From Takakia lepidozioides (Eukaryota > Plantae > Bryophyta): DNA of 64,000 nucleotides. Position 1 is the stretch's first letter, and each line of letters opens with the position of its first letter. Location: NCBI GenBank assembly GCA_030704615.1, contig CM060733.1, positions 33,232,001 to 33,296,000 on the forward strand. The letters run 5' to 3'. The notes below the pieces were generated by a model, which saw nothing but the letters and a program-made list of their open reading frames with translations, was not told the origin of the DNA and ran no database searches. Positions 52,001-63,771 of the stretch are shown here, piece after piece. The position numbers and the translations under genes are program-made.

Positions 52001-53010
52001 CTACTGAACCATTTCAGAATGGGGACTAGACTTTGTTGGACCAATTAACCCACCGGCCAAGAATACACAGAACAAGTACATAATTACAACCACTGATTAT
52101 ACTACGAAGTGGGTGGAAGCTAAAGCTCTGAGGGACAACACAGCCAAGTCCACAGCAAGGTTCCTGTTTGAGAACATACTTACACGATTTGGCTGTCCCT
52201 TGGAATTTATCAGTGACCAGGGAAGTCACTTCATTAATGAGACCATTGAACTATTGACTAAAGAGTTCATGATTGTGCATAGGAAGAGTACAACGTATTA
52301 CCCACAGGGTAAGGGCAGGCAGAGGCTACCAACAAAATACTATGTACTATCTTGGCTAAGATAGTCAATGCAAACAGAACGGATTGGGATTCAAAGCTGC
52401 TGACAGCTTTGTGGTCATACACGACTTCATATAAAGTCACCACTAAGTATACACCATTCCAATTAGTTTATGGTATGGAAGCTTTACTTCCAGTGGAATT
52501 CGTGTTACCTACTATGAGAACTGAATGGGGAAAAAGAATGGAATTGGAAGATTCAATTAAAGTCAGGAAACATGAATTATACCATGTGGAAGAAGTACGT
52601 GCTGATGCAGCTGATAACATGACCAGAATTCAGATGAAGAGAAGGAACAGTTTGATGAAGGCAAATTAAAGACTTTTAAGACGGGAGATTTGGTTCTCTG
52701 GTTGCAGAAGAAGGGGAAGATTAAAGCTTCTAAGCTTAAATCACCATGGAAAGGACCTTATGTCATACAGAAGATGTATGATAACAACACAGCCATGTTA
52801 CAAACCATTAACAAAGAGATGCTGAGAAGAGTCAATGCCAATAAGTTGAAGGGGGTACAGTGGTATCCATGACAAACCATTGCAGCACGATTTGCATGTT
52901 GAAACGCAAAAGCAGTCACGGGCTGCGCCAGTGATACCAACGGAATATGAAGCACTTGTCGCTAAGCTGAGCATATATGACTAGGGCGGGAACTACAGGT
53001 GTTCGTATAC

Positions 53011-53185
53011 CTATCACAGCCCATCACAGCGTGACACAGCCTATCACAGCCCATCACAGTGCCACACAGCCTATCACAGCCCATCACAACGTCCCACAGC
53101 CTATCACAGCCCATCACAGCGTCGCACAGCCTATCACAGCCCATCACAGTGCCACACAGCCTATCACAGCCCAACACAGCCCATA
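53011..53185. repeat. 30-bp tandem repeat (3x10-bp CACAGC subunits), ~6 copies
   Basis: ctatcacagc ccatcacagc gtgacacagc repeated with variants. Confidence 0.92.
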
Positions 53186-53571
53186 CAGATTACATAGTCC
53201 ATAGGGTCAGTGACAGGTGGGCGCGAATTACGTTAGAAAAGTGGCCATCAAGTGAAGAAAAAGTTTGGAGGTCAAACTTGGAGAATGTGCCACGCGGAGA
53301 GGGGAAGACGGGGGCATGTTTAGAAATGGACACGTGGCGGCTAAGGCGAAGCACACCGCGCTGCATCAATTGCAAAAGTGAGTTTTATCATGCAAGAGGT
53401 CAAATCGGGCCGTCAAAGTACCTACCTGGTACAACAACTATTACTAATTGTGGGCCCATTAATGCATTCAGTGCCAGGGTAACAGAATCCTTTTCGAGTT
53501 CAGAAAAGGGAAACCTATGCCACATGTGCTGTCCTATTGGACATTCCAGGTGGAAATGTCCATAGAGGGGG

Positions 53572-54294
53572 GTGGAAATAAGGAATTATCTAAGCAGTCC
53601 ACAGCCAATCAGGAGTGAGAATTACATGCAGGTGGTTCCCTCCAAGAAACAAGAACAAGAAATAGGAAGTGTTATGAGCGGAAGAGTCGGAGTGGCTCTG
53701 AATAGCCAAGCTCTCGACGGAAGGGGTAATCAAAGCACTAGCCTGGTAGCTATGGCAGATGTAACCGATTACACACTCGCTTTACTTCTCACGCAGTGGC
53801 GCAAGGACGGACGCATTGAGAGATTTCCGGTTCCTCAGACCCAGCCATTGCAGACTGCTTGGTCCAGTAGAGACGGATTGGACAATTCTGCACATCCCAC
53901 AATGCGATTCGGAAGAGTGAAGAGACGACACCCTCCCAACAAGTTGAATGAGACTCGGATTGCCAATGCTCTTGGGATGGCTTGCACTATTCAGAGCTCC
54001 GTGGACGTACCCCCACCCGGCCTTGGGCGTGTGTATCGGATGGCAACGGCCGGCTCGGCTGTACGCGACGATGTATACACAATTACGATTGGAGTGGAGC
54101 CGACTTGCAATTGTACGGACTTCTCGTTGATGGAAGCAAAGAAGGGTTCAAAGTATTATCCGTGCAAGCATCTGTATTACATTTACCTGAAGAGGTTGAG
54201 GATGAACGTGACTATTGATGACTTTATTCATGCACCGGCGTTGAGCGTGAACGAGCTGCACAAACTCCTCCTTAGGGATTCCAGAAATCATTGA
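53572..54294 (+). CDS. SWIM zinc-finger protein ORF within the 3' region of the Gypsy element
   Basis: YTITIGVEPTCNCTDF...YYPCKHLYYIY fits SWIM CxC-xn-CxH. The 240-codon frame is open. Confidence 0.7.
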   Translation: MEIRNYLSSPQPIRSENYMQVVPSKKQEQEIGSVMSGRVGVALNSQALDGRGNQSTSLVAMADVTDYTLALLLTQWRKDGRIERFPVPQTQPLQTAWSSRDGLDNSAHPTMRFGRVKRRHPPNKLNETRIANALGMACTIQSSVDVPPPGLGRVYRMATAGSAVRDDVYTITIGVEPTCNCTDFSLMEAKKGSKYYPCKHLYYIYLKRLRMNVTIDDFIHAPALSVNELHKLLLRDSRNH

Positions 54295-54439
54295 TGGGGC
54301 AAAGGGAATCCTCCATATGGATATTTTCAATTGCATTTTGCTATATCAGACTTTTTTTTGCAGTGTAATGAAATGCACCCCAAAACTCCTGGAATGAGGC
54401 AATATTCCATTCAAACTGAGGGGGGGGGGCCATTTCTGG

Positions 54440-54740
54440 AAAAATGGCGCCGAATTTCTCTTTTTGGGGCCGAAAACTGGCTAAGTCCCAACATGCACTG
54501 GTACCTGTGTCTGGGAAATGGCGCCGAATTTCTCTTTTTTGGGCCGAAAATTGGCTAAGTCCCAACATGCACTGGTACCGTGTCTGGAAAAATGGCGCTG
54601 AATTTCTCTTTTTTGGGCCGAAAACTGGCTAAGTCCCAACATGCAATGGTACAGTGTCTGGAAAAATGGCGCCGAATTTCCCTATTTTGCGCCGAAAACT
54701 GGCTAAGTCCGAACATGCACTTGAAAAATGGCGCCGAATT
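54440..54740. repeat. ~73-bp tandem repeat, ~4 copies plus degenerate tail
   Basis: aaaatggcgccgaatttctctttttggggccgaaaactggctaagtcccaacatgcactggtac.. repeated. Confidence 0.9.
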
Positions 54741-55089
54741 ACCTGTCATGAGGGGACCTATAGCCGCGGAATTCGGCACCATTTTTCGCCAGACAGACCT
54801 ATTATCGCGAAATACGTCGCCGTTTTTTCAGGTTACGGACCCTATTACCGCGAAATTCGGCGCCATATTTGCACATGTCGCTGGGAATTGGCATGAGCGG
54901 AAGACGAAATATCATGAGCACAACTGTCAAAACTGCAATTTTCCCTTCAAGGGGCCGAATAATATATTTGTTTTTCCTGACACATTGCATTAAATTATTA
55001 TTTTTTATTGTTTTTTTTATTTCGAAATTTGTATTTCTGCTCATGAAAACCGATTGTCTTACTACTCCGCTCATGCCGCTCATGCTCAT

Positions 55090-57341
55090 GAAATAGCAAA
55101 CCTCCCAGGTGGTTATCCACCAAGTCGTGTGTGGCACCCCTGAGAGTCTGCTCCTCGGTGAGCCTGTACACATCTAACCGCTGCTGTAAAGCCTCCATGC
55201 GCTTCGCATGAGGTTCAACCAAACTCGCATAGGCAGCAACCAGATTATTGGCTTCCTTCTAAGCCTTGTTAGCCACAAAGAGTTTATTTCTATTGACCAT
55301 GACTGTTAATTGCAACTCCAAGATGTACCTCTCTTGGTCAGCCTCAACCTGTCTGTATTGCTTGAAAGTATTTTCATTGCGACAGATTGTATTCTTCATA
55401 TCAACAATGAGTTTCGCCTGCTCGATTATCTTTGCCTCTGCCTTCATATATCTCTCCCCTTGTCTGTTAACTTCTAATGCAGTTTGCTCAAGAGTAGTTG
55501 TGAGTGTAGCACATTGTATGGTCATCCTCTCATGTACTGCCTGCAACTCCGTATGTAGTGCATTCATTTCTTGCAACTTGCCCTCATGCTTCACCTGCAT
55601 TTGGTATAGCTGTTGCTTATGTGCTTCATGCAACTGGTCATACTCGAGGCCGGCTTCAATCAGGTGTTCCTTGGCCAACTGCAAAGCAGCCTTTGTGTCC
55701 TCTAACTCTTGCTGTAACTTGAGATTGACCTCCTCATCTACCTTGTTAGCACACTTAGTGGCAAGTCGAGCCTCAAACTCCTTCCTGAGTTCCTCCTTCA
55801 AAGCTGCCAATTGGGTAGATGGAACATGGGATTTCACATAAGTGCCCAACAAATTAAGTGTTCTGCTTATGGAACTCATAAGCATGGCCTGCTGAGGGTC
55901 ATCATGGTGAGCTTGCTGTTGTTCTTCCTGATCCTCGACAGTGTGATGCCTCACCAACCATTCAGGCCATTGGCTCACCAGATTTTCTTCCTGAACCACC
56001 TCATCCGCCACAGGTGCTGCAGTGTCTTGATATTCTACCCCTGGTACCTCCGTCACAGGTGTGGGTATTACATGCACAGCAGGGTTTTCCCTAGACAACC
56101 GCTGCACCTCTGGAATCACTGATTCCCTTACCAAACCTGAGTTTTCATAGAGAAGGTCACCCTTCTCAATTTCAGCCACGACCTGCTCTGTAGTGGGAAT
56201 GTCCAACCTTTCTCCTTCCAGAGCAATTGGGGGTGATGTCACAGCATGTACGAACTGTGGAACCTCTAAAACAACTGAGTCAATTGGTTGTGGTGGCTGT
56301 GGTATCAAAGTGACTTCCTCTTCCCTTTCCGAAGACTGTGCTTCCAATAATAACAGCTCTCTGTGCTGCTGTGCCCCATCTTGCACAAGAGCTTGGGAAA
56401 CATTATCGTGCGGTTTATGTGAAGCCAGTGGATCCGCCACTATAGTCATACCCTGCCTCTATCTCTTAGACTGGTGTTGCCATACCAGTCCACCCTCACT
56501 GTGTGAAGAGCCCTGCTCTTCAATTGCAGTGGTTTCTACCTCAAACACTCTCATCTCCTTACGTTCCCGAGTATCAAGTATGCAAGAATCAAGAATTATT
56601 TGGGCAATGACTGGACCAGACACAATGATCGGAGACTTAGCAGCAGTGCCCTGGAACCTCTTCATCTCGTCCACCAATCCATTGTACATTAACTCCGCCA
56701 AGCGACATCCTCTCCCCTCAAAGCCTTCAGGATCTCCTATGTGAATGACCTGCTCAAATACTGTTGGTTCTGTTTCATGAAACAGAACGTTCAATATTTG
56801 GCCAACTTCCCTAAGCCCTGGGTACTCGGCTTTGGTACAAGCGTAACCTTGAGTTTTAAAGAAACTCCCTTCTTGGAACAAATTCCCTATCTGCAATCTT
56901 GCCAGGGCTGTGCTCATCCACATCCACATGTCCTGATGGCAAATCAAACAATTGCTGCAGGTACTGGGGAGTAATTTCTATATCTACTCCCCTCACCTGA
57001 GTAACTCCCGTCCAAGGCTCAAAGTTATGAAGAAATTGTATCATGATCTGCCAATGATGCAAGGACCAGTCCTTGCGTAACAGCCCCTCCAATCGCAACT
57101 CCCTTAACAGTTGTACTGCCTGCGGTGCCGCAATTGTTTGCTTCTGCATTATCGTGGTGCTCTTCACCTTGATATCCTCCATTCCCCTCACTCTCTTCAT
57201 TCTAGACAAACAGAAAGGCTTTGTTTGAAACAGCTGAAGGAAAACTTGCAGGGCACAGAGCATGAAGGTATGGTTGGCACAAAATGGAACAGGTAAGTGC
57301 GTGTAAGCCTGTGGGGCTTGCAAGTAACGAGTGAGCAGCAC
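55090..57341 (-). pseudogene. Antisense extra ORF of the Gypsy element (plant-transposon-protein-like N-terminus plus coiled coil), interrupted
   Basis: IQFLHNF..TQVRGVDIEITPQYLQQLFDLP N-terminus and a 396-aa coiled-coil C-terminal ORF (55259-56449). A second copy lies at 43000-44550. Confidence 0.7.
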
Positions 57342-57380
57342 TTCCCTCGAAATGCCGGCAATGTCCTTGCAATTCTCTAC

Positions 57381-59296
57381 TGTGACTCCGACACTCTTGT
57401 CTCCACAATGGGAATGTTGTAATGCTTTACTACAGATGGCTCGTTATGTTGCCGGGGCACGCGCCCTGTGCTCAAAGGAGGTGGCGATCTTGAACGTGCA
57501 GGACTTGCGGTGCTCGACGAGACCTCCTCGGGCAACATCACCGGACCACGAGGGAGCGTGCAAATATTCTTGTCAGCTCGCCATGAATCATCTTCTCCGC
57601 CAGGTGCCTCGTCAAGTCTTCGTCTCACTGGACGGGTATGAACATCTCCTTCCAAATGTTGGCCTCTTCGCAGCAATGGCGTGTCCCGAAGGCCCTCTCT
57701 GTCGCGCACCTCAGTTCGATAAGCTCCCCTTCAAGTCATAGTTACTCGCTTTGATGCGCGCGCCTAACTCCCAACCTGACCGCCCGGGCCAACTTGGAGC
57801 TTCGGCTGCTCACCGGGACATAACGGTCCCCCTTCGCTTCCCACTAAACCCTCCACCTATTTGGGACTAGGAGAATTCCCTTTGGTGATGGCAGTCCGGA
57901 ATAGCTCCCCACTCTTTGGTCGCTTTCCGGCTCGCTCACTTACTCACTAGTTTTTGGTCACCAACGGGCTTGCACCGTTCTCGGGGTCACTACTCCCCTT
58001 ATATATACTTCAGTAGCTGTCCGCGGGGGTTTCACAACCAGCCATGCCATTTTATGGTGAACCACCACGAAAACCCTCGACTCCCGGTGATGAGTCGCGG
58101 TGAGTCTTGGCCCACTCACTACGGCCCCTATGGACCGTGATGAGTCCCAAGACTCCCCACGACTCCCACCACGAGGTCTCCGCCCCCATGGTGAGTCCTA
58201 TGCCACCCCCACTAAGTCCCGCTAAGCTACCACCACCCCTTGTGGAGCCACCCCCACCGCAACCCGGTATGCGGGCTCCACCTAGTGAGCGCCTCCGCCT
58301 CCTTGGGTGCCTTGGGCACTCAAGGGTGCTTCAGCCCCCCATACCTATCGCTGCTGCTGCCCCCACCACAGGGGCAACCCCTCATGTGTCCCGACCCCCT
58401 TGCCCTCAAGGCAAAGGGCCGCGACACACACCCCTACCAACAGGGAGTCGATGTCCTCATCGACTTGTTCATTTTGTAGAAACGAACATCCAAGTTCTGG
58501 CGTCCCACATCAAGGAGTTTGTTTCCGTACCATGGCATCCCATGGCAAAGAACCAAACCCCACACTTGACTCTACTCTCCACTAGCTAGTTCGGCCGACT
58601 TCCTCCAAGTCCCAGCCAAGGGTGGAGCCTCTCCAGCTCCTCCTAGTGCACTCTTCTTGGCCTACTTCAAGGCCAAGGAACGATCCTCCCCGAGGATCAA
58701 ATCGCGTTACTGCAACAACATTGCTTGCGACCGCTCATGATGCCGCTTTTGGCATCACCTTGAGCAAGGGTTCCCTGGAACCCTCTTTGACTAGGAAGAT
58801 AACCTTGAACCAACCGTGCGCCCCAATCACTACAATTGGGTCCGCCTTGGAATGCTGGCCTGAGGTACGGGAACACGCCGAAGCCACACTACGACTTCGT
58901 CCCGAGGCTACACGATTATAGTACGTGAACGGAAGCACGTAGCTTCCGCGTTAGCCCGCACTACAAGGCAACCCCCTCGGTAGCGCAGTTATAGTACGCG
59001 CACGCGCCTGGTGCGCACTAGCACGTGAACTCCCAAAGAAGGCGCAAGTTTCTTTGCCCCTTGGATGGGGGTCACCCGATTTCGGCACTACGCAAACACA
59101 CAATTAACCCAATTTACCTCTCCCACTTTTATAAGCTAGCATGCATTCTACACACTAGCCAACCATACCATGCATCACCATTCCAAACAAAATAGGACGC
59201 ACAACATTTGGAATCCATTTCATTTATAGCACGTTTTGTACAATACAAGTTTTTGCGATTGGATTCCTAAGCTAGCTAAGCCGGGCTAAGCATGCA
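57381..59296 (-). mobile_element. Putative 3' LTR of the chromovirus (~1.9 kb)
   Basis: On the minus strand, PPT GGGGGAGGAAA lies just after the pol stop, followed by TG at 59296. Candidate CA end at 57381. Confidence 0.6.
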
Positions 59297-59330
59297 TTTC
59301 CTCCCCCACGCTCCAAGGTTGATGTCCCCA

Positions 59331-62175
59331 TCAACGCTTCTTCCGCTTTTGAGGTCGCCCTTCGAAAGCTGCAACCGCCTCGGATGCGTTTCCCATTTCT
59401 GAGGCACGCACCCAAGATGCCTCCACATGATGATAGCCCTTCCATTTGACGAGATACTCCGTTTCTCGGTTCCTGAACCTCCTCGACTTAAGTATTGCCT
59501 CCACCTCGTACTCCGGTTCATTTTCATGATCCAACAGCATAGGTTGCGGACGCAACACTTGATGCCGATTCGGACGCGCTTCATCTTTGAAGTAAGGCTT
59601 CAAAAGGGAGACATGGAATACTGGGTGCACCTTGCTGTTTGCCGGCAGCTCCAATTCATACACATCCTCATTCATAACCTTCCGAATGCGAAAGGGTCCC
59701 GCATACGGAGGTACGAACTTCGGACTCACTTCCGGAGGTAGTCGGAAATTCTTGATGTTCAACCAGACCTCTGTGCCTGCCTCAAACTTCACTTCCCTCC
59801 GCTTCCAATTCGCCTGCCTTTCATACCGTTTCCTAGCTTTGGCAATATTGTACTTTGCGAGCTTCAACAAACGCTCGCGTTCTTCCAATACCGCCGCTAC
59901 TGCCGGTTCCTCAACGTCCTGGGCGGCCCAACTTGTCGGCACCAGAGGTGCTTTTCCATAGACCAATACGAAAGGGGAAACTCCCGTTGCGGAGTGTTCT
60001 GTGTTATTATAACAGAACTCTGCCGCGTCTAAGTGTTCCACCCAGTCTGTTTGGTCTGCCGACACGTAATTCCGCAAGATCTGCTTCACTACGGAATTCA
60101 CCCTTTCTATTTGACCGTCAGTCGTAGGTCGGAAGGCGGTGCTCATCTTCAGCCTCGTCCGCATCTTCTTCCAAAGTGCCCTCCAAAATTTACTCGTAAA
60201 CTTTGGATCGCGGTCTGAGACAATATCCTTCGGGACTCCATGATGTTTTAAGACGTGGGCGAAGTAAAGTCGCCCTGTCTCCTGCGCCGTTGCCGTCTCC
60301 TTGGTGGGGATGAAATGGCCCATTTTACTGAACCTATCCACCACCACCATGATTGCATCGAATCCTTTTGACAGCGGCATAGCAGTCATGAAATCCATCG
60401 AGACACTTTCCCAAGTCCCCTCTGGAATTGGCAAGGGTTGTAACAGCCCCGCTTGCTTTTTGTACTCGCTCCGGTTTTGTTGGCATGTGGTGCATGTCTT
60501 GACATACTCCTCTGCCTCCTCCCTCAGTTTGGGCCAGAAATATTCTTTCTTCAAGAGTGACGCAGTGCGCTTGGCTCCACCGTGGCCCGCAAGCGGGCTA
60601 TCATGGCATTCTCTCAAGAGGCTATCTCTGATCCCTCCCTTCGGCACGTAGAGACGTTTTTGCTTATACCGGAGCAGTCCATTTTGCAAGTGGAACTGCG
60701 ATTTACCCCCCTTCCTCAAGTCTTGCATCGCGGACTTTGCCAGCTCATCCTTCCGGCAAGCCTTCCGGATCTTCCTTTGGAGCGCCGTCTCGCCCTTGTA
60801 CACCAACAAGAGCTGTTGCTTTCTACTTAAAGCATCGGCCACCACGTTGTCTCGTCCCGGTTTGTATTGGATATCCACGTCGAACACCGCCAAAGTATCT
60901 TGCCACCTAAGTTGTTTTGGGGACAACTTGGGCTGCGTGGCAAAATACTTCACCGTGACATTGTCCGTGAACACCTTCACTGGGTTGGAACCAACATAGT
61001 GGCGCCAAAGCTCAAGACAATGCACCACCGCCTTCATCTCTTTCTCGTGCGTCGGCCTCCGTCGCTCCACTTCATTCAGTTTCTTACTTTTGTAAGCCAC
61101 TGGACGTCCATCTTGCATCAGTACACCCCCAATCGCGAAGACCGACGCATCTGTATGTATCTCGAACGGACGATCGAACTCCGGGATTTTCAAGACTGGA
61201 GCTTCCGCCATCCGCTGCTTCAATTCAGCAAAAGCTTGGCAACAAAAGGTGTTCCATGCCCAGACTTTAGATTTACACAGAAGGTCTGACAGCGGCCCCG
61301 CAATCTTGGCGAAATTTCTCACATACTTCCGGTAATAGGAGGCGAATCCTAGGAAGGATCGCACTCCCGGGACTGAAGTCGGAGGCTCCTTGTCCAAGAT
61401 CGCCCTCACCTTTCTGCCATCCATTTTGATCCCATCTTGTGTAATCACATGCCCCAGGAACTCCACTTTTGTGACCCCGAATTCGCACTTTGAAGCTTTG
61501 GCATACAGCTTCCCTTCTCGCAATTTCTGGAACACCCTTTTGAGGTGCTCCAGGTGCTCCTCCTTTGTTTTCGAATACACCAAGATGTCGTCGATGTACA
61601 CGATCACAAAGTCATCCAACCACTCCTGGAAAAGGCTGTTCATCAGCGTGCTAAATGTCGCTGGTGCATTGGTGAGCCCAAAAGGCATCACCAAGAACTC
61701 ATATGAACCATACCTTGTCTTGCACGCGGTCTTCTCCTTATCTCCTTCCGCCACTCGAATTTGATGATAGCCGGAGCGCAGATCGATCCGGCTGAAATAC
61801 TTCGCTCCTGCCAACCGATCGAAAAGGTCGTCGATCCTTGGCAAAGGGTACCGGTTTTTGATAGTCACCTTATTCAGAGCCCTGTAATCGACACACATCC
61901 GTAGCGTCCCATCCTTTTTATCTGCAAATAGCACCGGGGCTCCGTAAGGTGACTTACTCGGCCGGATGTACCCCTTTGACATTAGATCCTTGAGCTGAGT
62001 CTTCAGCTCGACCAACTCTCTGTGGCTCAACCGGTAGGGCGCCTTGGTAGGCGGTTCCGATCCCGGTATCACCTCAATCTTGTGGTCAACTCCTCTTCGC
62101 GGTGGCAAGCCGCTTGGTAAATCCTCCGGCATCACATCCTGGTATTTCTCCAAAATCCCCTTGATCCAATCCAGG
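59331..62175 (-). mobile_element. Chromovirus (Ty3/Gypsy, Tcn1/Tekay-like) pol: RT-RNaseH-INT-chromodomain, frame intact, gag/PR missing
   Basis: [50 protein letters not shown] zinc finger, [37 protein letters not shown] chromodomain. Confidence 0.95.
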
Positions 62176-62384
62176 AATGCCTCGGCGTGAGCCTGGTCAC
62201 GTGAGCGCGTGAGCGCGACTGCGCTCACGCCACGTCACCTTGCGCAAATGCCAGGTCACGGGGCTCAGTCCACGTCATCACACGTGGAGGCCGAGTCACC
62301 ACGCACCCAGAAAGAAGTGGAGTGTATTCCCGCGGATTGGCACCCTTTACCGCGGAAACAAGCTGGACGACATAATAAAAGGCA

Positions 62385-62740
62385 TTGAATAAATGATGGA
62401 TGAATGTACAGTTGGATGATAAACAATGGATGAGTTTGAAAAATCTATGTAGATGGATGAATGACGGATGGATAAGAGTAAAATGGATGAATGTATAATG
62501 GATGTTGAGCAATGACAAAAATTCATGACAGGAAGATGCATGACCAAATCTTTTGACGAATGCACAAAGTATATGAAATGAGTGTGGAAGGTTTGTGGGG
62601 TGGATTAAAGAGTACAGAGGATGAATGTACAATGGATGTTGTACAAAGGAAGCTTTCATGAATGGAGCACGCATGAATACAGTGTAGATGAATGCACAAT
62701 GGATATGAGAAGAGTCAGGAAGGTTTGTGAGATGGATTCA
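62385..62740. repeat. Degenerate GGATGA(A)TG-rich low-complexity tandem repeat
   Basis: Repeated gatggatgaatg / tacaatggatg motifs. Confidence 0.65.
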
Positions 62741-63196
62741 TACATATAGCAATTTAAACGAAAGTTGATTCTGTGATTATTATTTGTTCTAAAGGAACAA
62801 CTACGGTAGAGTAAGGGGATTCAACGTTTTCCAGATAATATGAAAATGAATATTAAAAGAATACAGTTCAGTCTGACTCAGAGTCAGTACAATGTATCCC
62901 CTCTTCCTCTGCATCTAAGTCTAAGTATTTTAGAACACCGGATCCACGCTGGATACACCTACGGCTGGCCACTAAAAATCAGGGGATAGGGACTCGGACG
63001 CGTGAAGTGCCATTGCTTCGGCATAAACAGGGAGCAGAAAATTGGAAAGGGGGCTGTCGAAAACAGACTCGCCAGAAATGACTGTATCTCCTGAAGATCC
63101 ACCGCTGGCTTTCCTGAAAGACAGCCTGAAAAAGTTATTACTGTAACTTTGATGTTATCGAGAAATTGAGTATGACTCCCAAAGAGGGTTTAGCAC

Positions 63197-63771
63197 TTAC
63201 TCACATGAAAAGTCGTTGTCGACCTGCTTATCTTCGGGATCGTCATCATTTCGAATATGAATCCGATCAGTCTGTGTGCCTGAAGTGGAGCCAGACAAAA
63301 GGGGGAGGAGCACTGTGTTGTAGAGGTCAGAATCACCCTCCATACCAAAAAGGCTTCTTCCGCCTGCCTTGCATGCGTGGTAAGTTGCTCCTGCACCAGA
63401 CAGGAGAACATAAGCAGTTTGGAGGAGGGGATTTAAGCAGATGAAACTGTTGAAAGGAAACCAATTCGGAAGGGAGAAAACGAACCTGTGGACACAGAAA
63501 GATCGACCACCCGTGCAGAGCGGTGGCTGCATGACTCCAGCAGTATTTGCATGAATGCTGGTGACTTTTCCTTTGCACCTCTCCAGGGAGTGCCATCTGG
63601 TCTCTTCAGAGTCTGACTGGACTGCATGAAGTTGTACAAAATGTCATCGACATGGGGCTCATAGGGGGGGTTGACGAAACAACCCTGGTCAGAAATCTCA
63701 AAGCTGCGGATGGAGGATGGTGTCTTTGATGTGCGAATCCTCCGCAGGCAGATCGCCTCGAACATCCTCGT
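63197..63771 (-). CDS. 3' exons (63771-63486, 63390-63197) of a gene with a beta-class DNA N4C/N6A methyltransferase-like SAM-binding module; 5' part outside the window or unresolved
   Basis: A phase-1 GT-AG intron joins EKSPAFMQILLESCSHRSARVVDLSVST|GATYHACKAGGRSLFGMEGDSDLY, which parallels KP..L..LI...S..GD.VLDPF.GSGTT..AA...GR..IG.E.D..Y. Confidence 0.6.

Larger units (their letters stand above)
46091..57380 (+). mobile_element. Gypsy LTR retrotransposon internal region, non-chromovirus (Tat-like): long gag, PR, RT, RH, INT and extra 3' ORFs; disrupted
   Basis: Gag capsid (AKMRLFPCSL...WYARF), CCHC knuckles (CAKCQNEGHTTTEC), protease LIDGGSGVN, RT (KLRVCVNYKKLN, MPFGLCNAPATFQR, VFLDD), RH (CDASG..LGAVL, NYSPTEREALA), INT to ~52870. 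Confidence 0.9.

Noticed and set aside
47700-52870. Gypsy gag-pol intact, with frameshifts due only to sequencing error
   Set aside because: Several indels do fall in homopolymers, but in-frame stops are also present, so integrity cannot be claimed.
54440-54740. CRISPR-like array
   Set aside because: The units are full tandem repeats without unique spacers, the context is eukaryotic, and there are no cas genes.
62175-62228. N-terminus of the 965-aa ORF as a real start
   Set aside because: It is a GTG start in foreign sequence beyond the truncation junction.
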